Positions 27,424 to 39,924 of a DNA stretch of 64,000 bases are shown here, piece after piece. The stretch lies in the NCBI GenBank assembly GCA_038087875.1, contig CM075992.1, positions 9,178,001 to 9,242,000 on the forward strand. Reading direction: 5' to 3'. The stretch is from Malacoraja senta. Its lineage: Eukaryota. How positions within the stretch are numbered: the first letter of the stretch is position 1; each line of letters starts with the position of its first letter. Made by a program: the position numbers and the translations under genes. Below the pieces are notes generated by a model. That model made no database searches. It saw only the letters and a list, made by a program, of their open reading frames with translations, and had not been told where the DNA came from.

Positions 27424-28165
27424 TACATAGAAAATAGGTGCAGGAGTAGGCCATTCGGCCCTTCGAGCCTGCACCGCCATTCAATATGATCATGGCTGAT
27501 CATCCAACTCAGTATCCCGTACCTGCCTTCTCTCCATACCCACTGATCCCTTTAGCCACAAGGGCCACATCTAACTCCCTCTTAAATATAGCCAATGAAC
27601 TGGCCTCAACTACCCTCTGTGGCAGAGAGTTCCAGAGATTCACCACTCTCTGTGTGAAAAATGTTTTTCTCATCTCGGTCTTAAAGGATTTCCCCCTTAT
27701 CCTTAAGCTGTGACCCCTTGTCCTGGACTTCCCCAACATCGGGAACAATCTTCCTGCATCTAGCCTGTCCAACCCCATAAGAATTTTGTAAGTTTCTATA
27801 AGATCCCCTCTCAATCTCCTAAATTCTAGTGAGTATAAGCCGAGTCTATCCAGTCTTTCTTCATATGAAAGTCCTGACATCCCAGGAATCAGTCTGGTGA
27901 ACCTTCTCTGCACTCTATGGCAATAATGTCCTTCCTCAGATTTGGAGACCAAAACTGTATGCAATACTCCAGGTGTGGTCTCACCAAGACCCTGTACAAC
28001 TGCAGTAGAACCTCCCTGCTCCTATACTCAAATCCTTTTGCTATGAAATCTAACATACCATTCGCTTTCTTCACTGCCTGCTGCACCTGCATGCCTACTT
28101 TCAATGACTGGTGTACCATGACACCCAGGTCTCGCTGCATCTCCCCTTTTCCTAATCGGCCACCA
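27424..28165 (-). mobile_element. CR1/HER1-type LINE 3' fragment (young)
   Basis: ORFs 27889-28140 and 27509-27964 nearly identical to the 46.5-47.2 kb copy, with one frameshift. Confidence 0.9.
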
Positions 28166-29494
28166 GGTGGGGGAGGGATGGAGAGAGATGCAGGGGTTAC
28201 TTGAAGTTAGAGAAATCAATATTCATACCCCTGGGTTGGAAACTGCCCAAGCAAAATATGAGATGCTGTTCCTCCAATACGTGAATACGTGACATTTTGG
28301 GTCGAGACCCTTCCTCAGACTGAGATTCAGGAGAGGGAAACTAGCTCTGCCATTTATAGCAACGAATGCATGCATGTGTGTTGGACTTTAGTATTGAATA
28401 ACACGAGTGGGTTGAGTGTTTATAACATAGGGACGGCCTGTACTTTAACTTTAGCACCTCATAATTTTATGCATTTCTAATAAATCTGCCTCCAGTTTAT
28501 CCAATCCTTCCTCATAGCTGAAAACTTCCAAACCTGCAATATTCATAATCTCTGCTGCACTTTCAGCAGTGCAATCACAACTTTCTTGTAATGTAGTAAG
28601 AAAACTATATGCTGTTCTCAAGATGTGGTTTTGGTTGCAGCATAAACTTCCTGCACTTACGTTTATCTGCCGCATCTTTAGACTTTACTGATACAACTTG
28701 GAAACGCCGACCAGTGATCATCTCGTGCACTAACACTATCCTACATGCGAGGGACAATTTACAATTTGAAGCCGATTAACCTATAAACCTGTACGTCTTG
28801 GAAGTATGGGAGGAAACTGGAGCACCCGGTCTCAGGGAATGAACGAGACACCTAATGAAATATCCTCTGCCTTTTGTCAATATGGACACAAAGTGCTGGA
28901 GTAACTCAGCAGGTCAGACAGCATCTTTGGAGAACATGGATAGGTGACATTTCGTGTCAAGATCCTTCTTTGGCTTATCCTCTGCCATATTTGATGGAAC
29001 CCTCAGATGCACTTCCTCCCTCCTGCCCAGACAGAATATAGCCAGTGTTTCCGAAATCCGCATCTTGCACCTTACAGCGTCCACATCCAGCCCGTCACCA
29101 TTTCTACCCTTTGGCCCACTAAGTCCACGCCGACCATCGATCACCCATTCACACTAATTAGGGTCTTAGAAACAGGCCCTTTGGGCCGAATTGTCCATGC
29201 TGACCAAGATGCCCAATCTACGCTAGTCCCAACTGCCCGCCTTTGGCCCATATCCTTCTAAACCTTTCCGATCCATGTACCTGTCTGAATGCCTTTTAAA
29301 TGTTGTAGTACCTGCCTCAACTACCTCCTCTAGCAGCTTATTCCATATAACACCAACTTCGGTGTGAGAAAGTTGCCCCAGGTTCCTATTAAATCTTTTC
29401 CTTCTCACCTTAAACCTCTGCCCTCTGGTTCTTGATTTGTCTACTTTGGGTAAAAAAGTCTGTGGATGCGCTCTATCTATGTCCCTCATGATTT

Positions 29495-32400
29495 CAGGGC
29501 TGCCAACTCTCACGCATTGAGCTTGAGAATCACGCATTTCGCCAAATTCTCATGTTCTCACGCTGATCACAGAATTTCTCACGCTCTGTCATGAGAAATT
29601 CTGTGATCAACAAGAATTTCAAAACAAATATCAACTGCATGGGCCGCGGGTGTTGGAGAGCGGGGCGGAGGGAGGGATGGAAGCAGAAGCAGCGGTGGGG
29701 ACAGATGCGGACGGGGAGCTGGGGCTGGCGAGGGTTTGCCAGGCTGGCGAGTGTTTGCCGGGCTGTCGAGTGTTTGCCGGGATGGCGAGTCGCTCGCTGC
29801 AGCTCCGGCCATGGATCAGCTTCAGTTCAAGAGTCCCGGGCCGTCTGAGGTGTCAGAAGCATTGCGCCGCTGCCGTGAGAGTCTCTGTGCCGAATTCGCC
29901 CTGGTGACCAGCATGGACCAGGCTGCGGCTCGGTGCATCCTGGAGGACAACCAGTGGCTGCTGGAAGTAGGTGCCAAGCACTGGGTAGAAGGGTGGAAGA
30001 TAGTGGCCCTTCAAATGAGGGTGGTTGGAGAAAGCATCCTGCTTGCTTGCTAGATTTTCACTTACTGTAACTGCAGGAAAAATGTTAGGGGGAGTTCAGA
30101 ATCAGGGATCACTCAGCTTAAGAATAAGGGGTTGGCTATTTAGGACTGAGATGAGGACAAACTTTCTTCACCCAGAGAGTTGTGAATCTGTGGAATTCTC
30201 TGCCACAGAAGGCAGTGGAAGTCAATTCACTGGATGTTTTCAGGAGAAAGTTACATTTAGCTCTTGGGGCAAGCGAAATCAAGGGATATGGGGAAAAAAC
30301 AGGAAAGAGGTACTGATTTTAGATGAACAGCCATGATCATATTGAATGGCAGTGCTGGCCCGAAGGGCCGAATGGCCTATTCCTGCACCTATTTTCTATG
30401 TTTCTATGCTTGAGTATATGGCAATAAAACTCGACCACTTGATTTTGAAGCATTCATGCTTGGTGGAGGTATAATGTAGTCATAGAGTGATACAGTGTGA
30501 AAACAGGCCCTTCGGCCCAACTTGCCCACACCCGCCAACATGTCCCAGCTACACTAATTGCTTTTGGTCCATATCCCTCCAAACCTGTCCTATCCATGTA
30601 TCAGTCTAACTGTTTCTTAAATGTTGGGATAGTCCCTGCCTCAACCACCTCCTCTGGCAGCTTATTCCATACACCCACCACCCTTTGTGTGGAAAAGGTT
30701 ACCCCTTAAAAAGTTACCTCTTAAAAATACGTCAAACAAAAACCATTGAAATCATACTTCTACAATGCACTAAAACATGATTTTAATACATCAAATTTCA
30801 AAACGTCCCTACCACCACTCAGTTGCTCCACTCCCTCGCCGGGTACCCCCAATGCCAGTGATCAGTGATCGCTCAGCCTCGCCACTATCAAAAATGCTCC
30901 ACGGCCCCTGGTTCAGACGGAGAGCACTGCCAGATGTGAGTTGAGAACTGAGGCCAGTTGTCTGTGATGTCTGGATCCCAATGCTCAGCGCTTCGTGTTT
31001 CAGAGTTGGCTAATTTTATTGATTTGTTATTAGCCTGATTTGTAATTAATTGACAAAACCTTAATTTATGAATCCAGAATATCCAGGGGAATGGGATAAG
31101 TGTAATATTAAAATGACATGCAAGGTGTCAGGCTGTCTGTCACAACATACAGCCCCGATAACCCATTATTTCCTTCAGTTAAATATTGGGAAGGTGGCAC
31201 TATTGTCATTTGCCACTCAACTATTATGTTTGTTCACCTCACTGACTATTTCTAAACACCCCCCCCCCCAAATTCCTTTGACCGGTTGAATAGAAATGTC
31301 CCCAATCTCATTGTTTTATTAATTGAACACGTAGATGAACATCCTCAAGGAGTGTAATCAGATGGAAACTGATTCAGATGCGATGTTTAAGAGCTTGTTC
31401 AAAGAAGGGGGATATTTTAAAGAAGTGACAGAGATACTTGCTGGGGAATGTGTGAGGAAGTTATTATTTGTCTTTAGTTTTAGCTTGAACCAGGACATCT
31501 GAAGATTCAAAGTTTAATATAGTAATTGTGCTGATACTGACTCCAACCAACCACGTAATGAATATCATCCATTCCGGAGGTTTTATTTTTCTGATGCCAT
31601 TTAAACTTCACTTGGATTTCAATCACTCCAATGTAAAAGTAATTGAGAATGGGGAGCATTGGAACAAAAATTTGCCCTCGGTACATATTAACTGTAATAT
31701 AATAATGTATGCATGTTGGTATGTGCAATCAAAACAAAGATCTTTTTTATGATTGTTGTGATGAATACCACAGAAAATATTATGTACTCTCAAGATCACA
31801 TTTAATAGAATATTATTGCTTAAATATATAGTTATTGGACTTTGCATTTCGGAAATGTCCCAGCTGAGAGGAAGACAGCAAAATACTGAAAATATTGGGG
31901 GTGAAAATGACTTCAGGACAGTTTGTTAGGAAAATTAAGGAAATGGTAACAGAATACTTATACAGCTGAGTGAGTATAATTTTGTGGATGAGAAATTGTG
32001 TTCAACCAATTGATGACTTCTTTGACAAAGTAACTAGCATGTTAGATAACAAGGAAGCCAATGAATGTAGCAAATTTTGTTATACAAAATTTGGTCCGTG
32101 AAGTGCTCCATAAAAGATTACCGCATTAGATAAGCACCTGTGGATGTAATAGGTTAAGTCCAGGGGGTCAGATATGGGGCTTTATATGTGGGCCAGATAT
32201 ATTGTCAGTGCAGAGGGTCTAGGAGCAAGGCCAAGTGTGCATCCAGAGACAAGGTCTGGAATAGTACTAAGTGTGCAGTCAAAGCTGGGACAATGGGAGT
32301 GTTCAGCACTGGGAACCTAAGCAGGTAAGCAGCTATGATCAGGGTAGCATAGGAGGCCAGGTGTAAGGCTGGACTCAGGGTCAGGAATGAGAGATGGTAT

Positions 32401-32824
32401 GCAACTGGAGTCCGGGTCAGGAGCAGTACCAGGTGTGCAGTGAGACCCAGGTTGGTCAACATGGGCCAAGTGCTTGATTATAATCTGATTTCCATACATG
32501 AATACACTAAGATCATTCATGTGCTGCACCTGTTGATCAGAGCCTGGCTCTACTGTGGAATGTAATTAGGAATGTAATTTTATTCATAGCTAATCCAATT
32601 TAAAGCATAAATATTGCATTCAAGTGTAAGTTAAAAGACTCGCGACAGTACACACCAGATTGCACAATCTCAAGCTGAAAAATGCAAAAGCTCCGTACCA
32701 ATGGGAGGAGGGAAACCACCCTCCCACACCCTCTCCCCCTCCCCCCATCCGGTCGCTACGCTCCCTCGGGCTTGGTCTCTCGCAATTTCTCACTCCCAAC
32801 TCTCACCCAATGTTGGCAGCCCTG
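29495..32824. mobile_element. Non-autonomous TIR DNA transposon (Pack-type), 13-bp TIRs, 6-bp TSD, carrying a host gene fragment
   Basis: CAGGGCTGCCAAC (29495-29507) and GTTGGCAGCCCTG (32812-32824); TGATTT on both sides; subterminal TCTCAC(GC) repeats at both ends; removing it rejoins a CR1 fragment (CCCTCATGATTTTATACACC). Confidence 0.8.
29811..29966 (+). pseudogene. TDP2: Captured first exon resembling tyrosyl-DNA phosphodiesterase 2 (N-terminal UBA-like region)
   Basis: GCCATGG start; MDQLQFKSPGPSEVSEALRRCRESLCAEFALVTSMDQAAARCILEDNQWLLE resembles TDP2 (RRLLCVEFASVASCDAAVAQCFLAENDWEME); followed by donor GAA|GTAGGT; no downstream TDP2 exons recognised. Confidence 0.7.
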
Positions 32825-34059
32825 TGATTTTATACACCTATTTAAGATCATTTTCCACCCCCCATTTTGCCAAATGGGGCATCAGACTATAGCTGAGAGA
32901 GGTTGGGGGGAAGGAAGGGGGCAAGTTTGGGTAACCAAATCTTTTTTCAGAAACAATAAACAATAACATTCAATTTCAGATTGTGATAGATTTCCACTAC
33001 ACTGAATATCAGAAATAAACAGGTCATTAATTAGTAGGAAGGGACTGCAGATACTCATTTACACCAAAGATAGATACAAAATGCTGGAGTAACTCCGCGG
33101 GATAGGCAGCATCTCTGGATAGAAGGCATGGGTGACGTTTTGGGTTCCGAAGAAGGGTCTCGACCCGAAACATCACCCATTCCTTCTATCCAAAGATGCT
33201 GCCCGCTGAGTCACTCTCAGGTAATTAATTAATTATTTTTCATTGAGGTTTCACAAGACCACTGATCTTCATTACCTGTAACTCTAGGCTTGGGCAAATA
33301 CATTGTAAATAGGATGAACCAAACAATGTTCTCAGGGAAATTTGCCGCACCGAGGGCCCACCCCTGCCTTCTACAGTGTTTCTGTTATTAGTAGTAAATA
33401 TATAAAATTAGAACCCAGGGATAGCCAAATGTTTAGTGCATGTGCCTTAAGGTTATTTAAAAGTTAAAGCTCCTCTGCCACCAGTTGATGACCACTGTGT
33501 ATCGCTGGCATCAAGGGCTGCCGTCGTGTTAATGACAGAAAATACTTCAGGTGCAACTCAAATGTGGACCAAGAACAAGCACTCATACAACTACTGTACT
33601 GCTAATAACCTACTTGTCAGGTCAACACTATCAGTACATAGAACTTGTGGTGGATAGACACAAAAAGCGGGACAGGCAGCATCTCTGGAGAAAAGGAATG
33701 GGTGACGTTTCGGTCGAGACCCATCTTCAGACTGAGAGTCAGGGGAGAGGGAGACTAGATATATGAAGGAGTAAGGTGTGAAAAGGACAGATCAAAGTAG
33801 ACGATGGTCAAGGAAATGTAGAACGGTTCATTGTTAGCTGAGGGGAAGGTGACAACGGGGCATACAATCAGTAAAATTAATCAAGATGACAGTGAAACAG
33901 GTCGGAGAACGAGGGTGGGGGGGGGGGGGGTATGGAGAGAGAGGGAAAGTAAGGGTTACCTGAAGTTAGAGAAATCAATATTCATACTTATAGTAGTTTA
34001 ATGCTACATCACCCCCCCCCTCCCCTCATAAAAAAGCGAACAATTCCAGGCTCACTCAC

Positions 34060-34166
34060 CTTAAATTGACCTCTTTGTATAGAGTCTTCCTGCAACCACT
34101 GGTTTGTGGCCTGTTTTCATCAATGTTGCCCTTCTTTTGTTCACCATCATAATCTTTTTCAGCCAT
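34060..34166 (-). CDS. SYCE2: Probable first coding exon of SYCE2 (exon 34172-34060)
   Basis: Acceptor CTCTCCTGCTTTCAG, then AAGATGG start, MAEKDYDGEQKKGNIDENRPQTSGCRKTLYKEVNL, strong donor AG|GTGAGT. The phase-2 end joins exon 19077-18858 in frame (107+220+195 = 522 nt, 173 aa). Assigned by splice logic rather than homology. Confidence 0.65.
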
Positions 34167-36479
34167 CTTGATCTGAAAGCAGGAGAGTTTAACAGCTTGC
34201 TTCCAATAAGAACGGGTGATTCATTCGGGTTTCATCTTCACTGGTTTTCTCCTCAGCGCAAAGCACCATCTGATGCTGTGTTACAATACCATGGGATCCG
34301 ACCACAATTTGGTGCGTCGCTCGAGTGCTAACTTTGTGATGTTCGTCAGCAAAGATTCTGTGAATTGCATGAACAGGAAACCCAAGTTCCACCCCCACCT
34401 CACACCCTTTGATGGCAGATAATGAACTGAACATGTGGTTTCCATTGTCACTGTAGTTCAGTTGGATTCTGGTAGTATGTTCTTCCCTCAATATAAATTG
34501 CCACAATATAAATTGAATCCGCAGCACCTCAGATTTTCACACAAAGGGCGATGGGTGTATGGAACAAGCTGCCAGAAATGGTAGTTGAGGCAGGGACTAT
34601 CCCAACGTTTAAGAAACAGTTAGGTACATGGATAGGACAGGCTTGGAGGGATATGGGCTAAACGCGGGCAGCCTCAAGTAATTCTACAACCTGATGCTGC
34701 TACAAGGTTTCCAGACAGGAAAACAAGTCTCTCTCATCCATCAAACAAATGATTATTTTGAAACAGCCTCCCTCAAAGCCCAATGATGCAAATTGAATGT
34801 AGCTGGGGCATATTGGCCGGTGTGGGCAAGTTGGGCCGATGGGCCTGTTTCCACTATGATACAAACTGTTGGCCGTTTACGATGTAGCACCATAGCCATG
34901 GGGAAGGAAAAAGGAAGTGAACATTTTCCTGAATGTATTTCTACAGAACTACAATATAATATGGGTACAGAAGAACTGCAGATTCTGGAACCTTGCGCAA
35001 ACCACAAGGTGCCGGAGGAACTTAGTAGGTCGGGCAGTATCTGCGGAGATTCTAGGAAAGGAATATACAATTTGCATTTGGTTTGTCTGTACAAGTTTGT
35101 AACCAACTCAGCCCTTTATGCAAGCTATCTGCATGCAAATTCCTGAATTATTTGGTATTCCCAAGCATTATTGATATCTGTGCAGCCATCCCTCAAAGCC
35201 CCAATGATGCAAATTGAATACGACAACTGTGCACTTTTACTATTCAACCCCCTCCCCTCTCTCTTTCCTGTGCCCCATCAGCATGTGCACTCCTTTCTCC
35301 TTTACCCCTTCCCAGCCTTTTGTCTTCTTTGCATCACTGGCCTATCCACACATCAACCAGTTGAAAACATTCCTCACTTGTATTCACCTATCACTTGCCA
35401 GAGCTCGTCTTGCCCCAATCTCTCTTCCAGCTTTCTCCTCTCTACTACAATTTGTAGTACAAAAATGCTGAATAACTGAATGAGGTAGAGATGAAAATAT
35501 AAGTAAATGGCAGCATCTCCGGGAAGGAAGTCAAGAGTGTTTTATTGTCATGTGTCCCAGACAGAACAAACAAATTCTTACTTGCTGCAGCACAACAGAA
35601 TATGTAAACATAGCACACTGTAAACAATATGATAAACGAGAGAGAAAAAAAAAGTTCAGTGCATAAAAGAGGTGATTTGTTCAGGAGTCTCTAGCAGTGG
35701 GGAAGAAACTGTTCTTAAGTCTGGATGTCCAGGCTTTCAAGCTCTACTCACAGGTGGAGGAGAGAAGGGGAAATGGCGAGGTCAAATAATCAACAAAGTT
35801 AAAGATTGAATTTGTTAAATCACTGGATTGGAATCTGAACACCTGAGCCAATGATCCGGAGGCAAGAGCTTCAATTACACCACGAAATATTAAATAAATA
35901 TACAATAATAACTCTGATGCTTGATCACCAACCGAAATGCCAAGCATCCTTCTGCCTCCCCAGAGATGTTGCTCAACCCGCTGAGGTTCCTCAGCTGTTG
36001 GCTCTTTGTGCCAGTACCACATCGTGTGTGGAGATCTTCCTTCATTCTCTGCCCCTGATGTGGCTCTAGACCACAGTAAAGTGGTCTGAAGAAGGGTTTC
36101 GGCCCGAAACGTTGCCTATTTCCTTCGCTCCATAGATGCTGCCTCACCCGCTGAGGTTCCTCAGCTGTTGCTCTGTGTGCCAGTACCACATTGTGTGTGG
36201 AGATCTTCCTTCATTCTCTGCCCTTGATGTTGCTCCAGACCACAGTAAAGTGGCAGACTGAACTGCCCTTTGCAGCGGCCCAGAAACGCAGCCACACCCA
36301 GTGGTCAGTGGGCTGAAGGATAAGGCACAGTGGTGGGATATCTGACCCCTCGCCTGCAGACCCTGAGCTCACCCTTTGCTCAGGGCCCTCCCTCACTATG
36401 CCCAAGGCCACCCATCCTTTGCCCAGGGCCGGACCACTCTGATTCTTTGGCCATGGTCGCCCACGCTTTGCCCCAGGCT

Positions 36480-37030
36480 CCCCTCCCTTCGCCCAATGCC
36501 CCCCGGTGTGTGGAGCTCACGTCTTTCCCTGGCACCAGGCCAATGTGGCGTCTCACCGTCGCTCCTGGGCCAAGGCATGGATGGCTCCCACCGCCGGCAC
36601 CTCCCCGCCGCCCCCTCCCCCTTCCCCTTCCCCTCCCCCCCAGGTCCGTTGCTAAGGGCCGCGCCGACGTCAGACGGCCTCTCCCCCCCTCCCCGTGACG
36701 TCGGACAGCCTCTCCTCCCCCCCCCCCCCCATCGCCGTGACGTCAGACGCCGGGCACCCCGCGCTTTTCGCTGCATGCGGGAGGCCGAGGCCCGGACCAG
36801 ACGGAGATGGACGGCAGGTTCCGCACCGCACCGCTCGAAGCCGCAGCCGCACCGGGGCGCTCCCTCAGATGGAGGGATGCTAAGGTACTTCACTGAACCG
36901 AATGACAGTGAGGGGAACACTGGGGGAAAGGGCCGCGTACGGGAACACGCGTCGGGCCGGCAGCGGTTGCCATGGGAACGCGGCGCCGGGCCTTCCCCGT
37001 GGTGGTGGGCTCGAAGGAGCTGCGGGGGGT
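36480..37030. promoter_or_regulatory. CpG island promoter, probably of SYCE2 and possibly bidirectional
   Basis: Dense CpG; CRE-type sites at 36666-36672, 36696-36703 and 36738-36745 (TGACGTCA); X-box-like GTTGCCATGGGAAC at 36966-36979 and GTTGCTAAGG at 36648; minus-strand donor ACG|GTGAGA at 36557; plus-strand donor AAG|GTACTT near 36884. Confidence 0.7.
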
Positions 37031-37368
37031 CTGATGGAGCAGGAGGTGGGCTTCACCGGCTGTGTTGGGATGCCCTGATGTGAAAAGTGTTATTTGCCGA
37101 AAAGCAATCCGTTTAGGTGGCAATATTATGAGTTGACAATCTTCAATATTTCTACGAGCAGAGGCCCCTGATCCTTAGGTTGGGAGAACCATCATGGTTT
37201 AGTTTACTTAGAATAACTGAAATTATTGTACATTTATTTATTTGCTGCTGCCTTTATCTAGACAATCTATGTCTATATGCCTTTACAACTTCACGATGTA
37301 ATAATTTAATTGTTCCTGTCCTTTGCTGTCCTTTGTCTAGACAATCTATCTATTGTCTATTTAATATG

Positions 37369-38400
37369 TAGCAATGTTACAAAATTTTGAGATTTAAAAA
37401 ATAAAGTGCAATTTATCCCATCAGATAAAGCATAAAAAGAAGTTTAATTTGACACTTAATTCACTTTCACATCTACAGTATTAAAAAAGTTATGGCCATT
37501 TTCATACTCGGAAATTAGCAGCTTGTTCCCTATTGCTTTTCCATTGACTTAACACAAAAGCTGTGATCGAGGACAGTCAAAAACCCATAACTTTCTTAAA
37601 AATTAAGAGAACTGAAAGAAATTTTCAGTTATTATAGATTGAAGCATTCTGAAACAAATATGAAACAATCTTACTTAGATGACATGAAATTAAAGCATAT
37701 AATTAGTTAGTTACCTAATTGTAGCTAATTACAAAATTCAATTACTAGATCTAAACATCTATCAATTTCTTAAGAATAGATTAACATTTTTAAATAGCCT
37801 AAGTGTCCAAATAACATTCACACACGAATTCACAATATAACATAATTTTTAAATCTCATTGTCATGGATTTACAGGCCAAATGGAAGGAATTGAATGTTT
37901 AATACCTGTAAATTAATGGGCATTTAAATCATCTTGCGAGTGGAACGCGATCTTTTGGAACGTTGATTTGCGGTGAATTTAACCCCGTAGCGGCATGAAA
38001 AATTCTGCCGTTAGTTCGGGGAAAAGAATCACCGTTTCGCATTTTAAAAAATGAATTAAAGGCTTCTTAAGAAGCACTTTTATACAAAAAAATAAACTGC
38101 TTTCGTTTACCTGTCCCGTGTGTGAAATCCGTCCCCGTTGTCGGCGTTGACGGCTTTCGAAGCTGATTTTAAAATAACTCCAGCGCTGACATTGTCGATT
38201 TAATTATTTTTTTAAATATACAAAACGCCCGTAGGAACGATTTTTCAGCAAACGCTTGTACTCCAACGAAATATAATACAGGACAAGGTAGGAGAAACCC
38301 GCGTTTTAACCCCGCCCCCCCCCTTAAAGGCGCCAAAATCGCGCACACGGCCAGTGGCAGAATTGCAGCGCCGCTGAAGGTAAGTATTGTAACATACCTA
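37369..38400. mobile_element. Non-autonomous DNA transposon, 7-bp TSD (copy 2)
   Basis: TAGCAATGTTACAA...TTGTAACATACCTA; TSD TAATATG at 37362-37368 and 38401-38407. Confidence 0.85.
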
Positions 38401-39504
38401 TAATATGCCTTTACAAGTTCACTAAGTAATAATTTCATTGATCCAGTTCATATTTGGTGCATATGGCAAATAAATACACTTGCCTGTATAGTAGTGCTTA
38501 AGGTGTACAGAATTGTTGAACAGTTTAAGGCAAATGCCCTTGGGGGTCTCTGCAACGATCCTGGCTGTCAATGGAGATCTCATGGCCGAGATGGCAGGCC
38601 ACATTGTCTATGAATGCCCTTGAGATTCTCATCCTCACCAACCTGCCAACTTTCAAACACCCAAAGTCTTGCTGAGGGTGATCATTCTGCTCTCACTGCC
38701 ACACTGGTCCTGATAAGAATGCAGCAATATTCGCTTCATTATCATCACTGCAATACCCCATGAGGCTGTGGCTCTGTGATTTACACATTCCTGTATATTT
38801 CTTAATGTAAAAATCTTTGGTCAGATTCTTCTTCACAAATCAATTTGCAACATTTTATTGCTCTCTGATCGTGTTTTCACGCTTACACCATGAAATGCAT
38901 AATTGATCCAAAAGGTGTTTGTTTTCTCCTCTCTGCCACCAACAATCTGTGAAGATGCCACTGACTGAAAGCTTCGAGAACAATTCTGGCTGAATGATGT
39001 GCTGAGTTCTGAGCCGCGGCAGCAACAAGCCTGTGGTATGAATAATAAGTTATCTGACCATGAACACAATCTAGCCATTGTCTTTCTGCATCAGGCTCAT
39101 CCACCTTGTCCTTTGCACATCTAATTCAAAAGTTATGTATCCTTGTTTTATCCAACTTTCACCTAGCTCCCCCTCCCACCCTAAAACAAAAATAAGAAAC
39201 ACAGACATTGGCCATTTCCATATTCTCAGGATACGTTACATAATTGAAATATATAGATTACATAACATTTCAATTAGATAAAAGATGTGGGCTCCATGTT
39301 ATCCCACATTTACATCCATTTCCTGCAGAGGCCAATTAACCCACAAATCCATGTCTTTGGGATGTGGGAGAAAACTGCAACACCTGGTCACAGAACGTGC
39401 AAACCTCACACCGACAGCACCCGAAGTCAGGATCGTACCCGGGTCTCTTGTCCGGGTCTGATGCATTGTGAGCCATCAGCTCTATCAGCTGTGCTGCTGT
39501 GCTA

Positions 39505-39890
39505 CCCATATATCTACCCATTGAGCTCTGAAGAGAAAGGTCTGTGAAAAGCAGAAAAAGGTGGGGACGAGAAGATTTGATTAGTGTTGGGATTGCGTTA
39601 AGGGAGGCATAAATAGCAGAGCATGATGTATTGGATTTGGTGGCTGGTGGGGTGAACGGCGAGGACAAGGGAACTATATCCCTGTTTTCCAGAGGTAAAT
39701 GGGTGAAAGCAGAACTGTGGGAAACAGGGAAGATGGGGCTCCATCCACAACTGCGAGGAAACCGCATTCACTGAAGAAAGAGAACATCTCAGATGTTCTA
39801 GATTGGAAAGCCTCATCTTTAGGAGACCGGATGCACCACGGACATAGAGACCATGAGAAAGGGATGGTGTCCTTGCAAGAACCTAGGTAG
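39505..39890 (-). mobile_element. Degraded Penelope fragment
   Basis: ORF 39336-39767 and flanks are homologous to the 7.8-8.2 kb Penelope region. Confidence 0.65.
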
Positions 39891-39924
39891 AGTTGGCATC
39901 AATTTGAAGTAGCTGTCAGAAGAA

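Noticed and set aside
36330..37123. Several overlapping ORFs of 120-235 aa
   Set aside because: Expected from stop-poor GC-rich CpG island sequence; no recognisable domain
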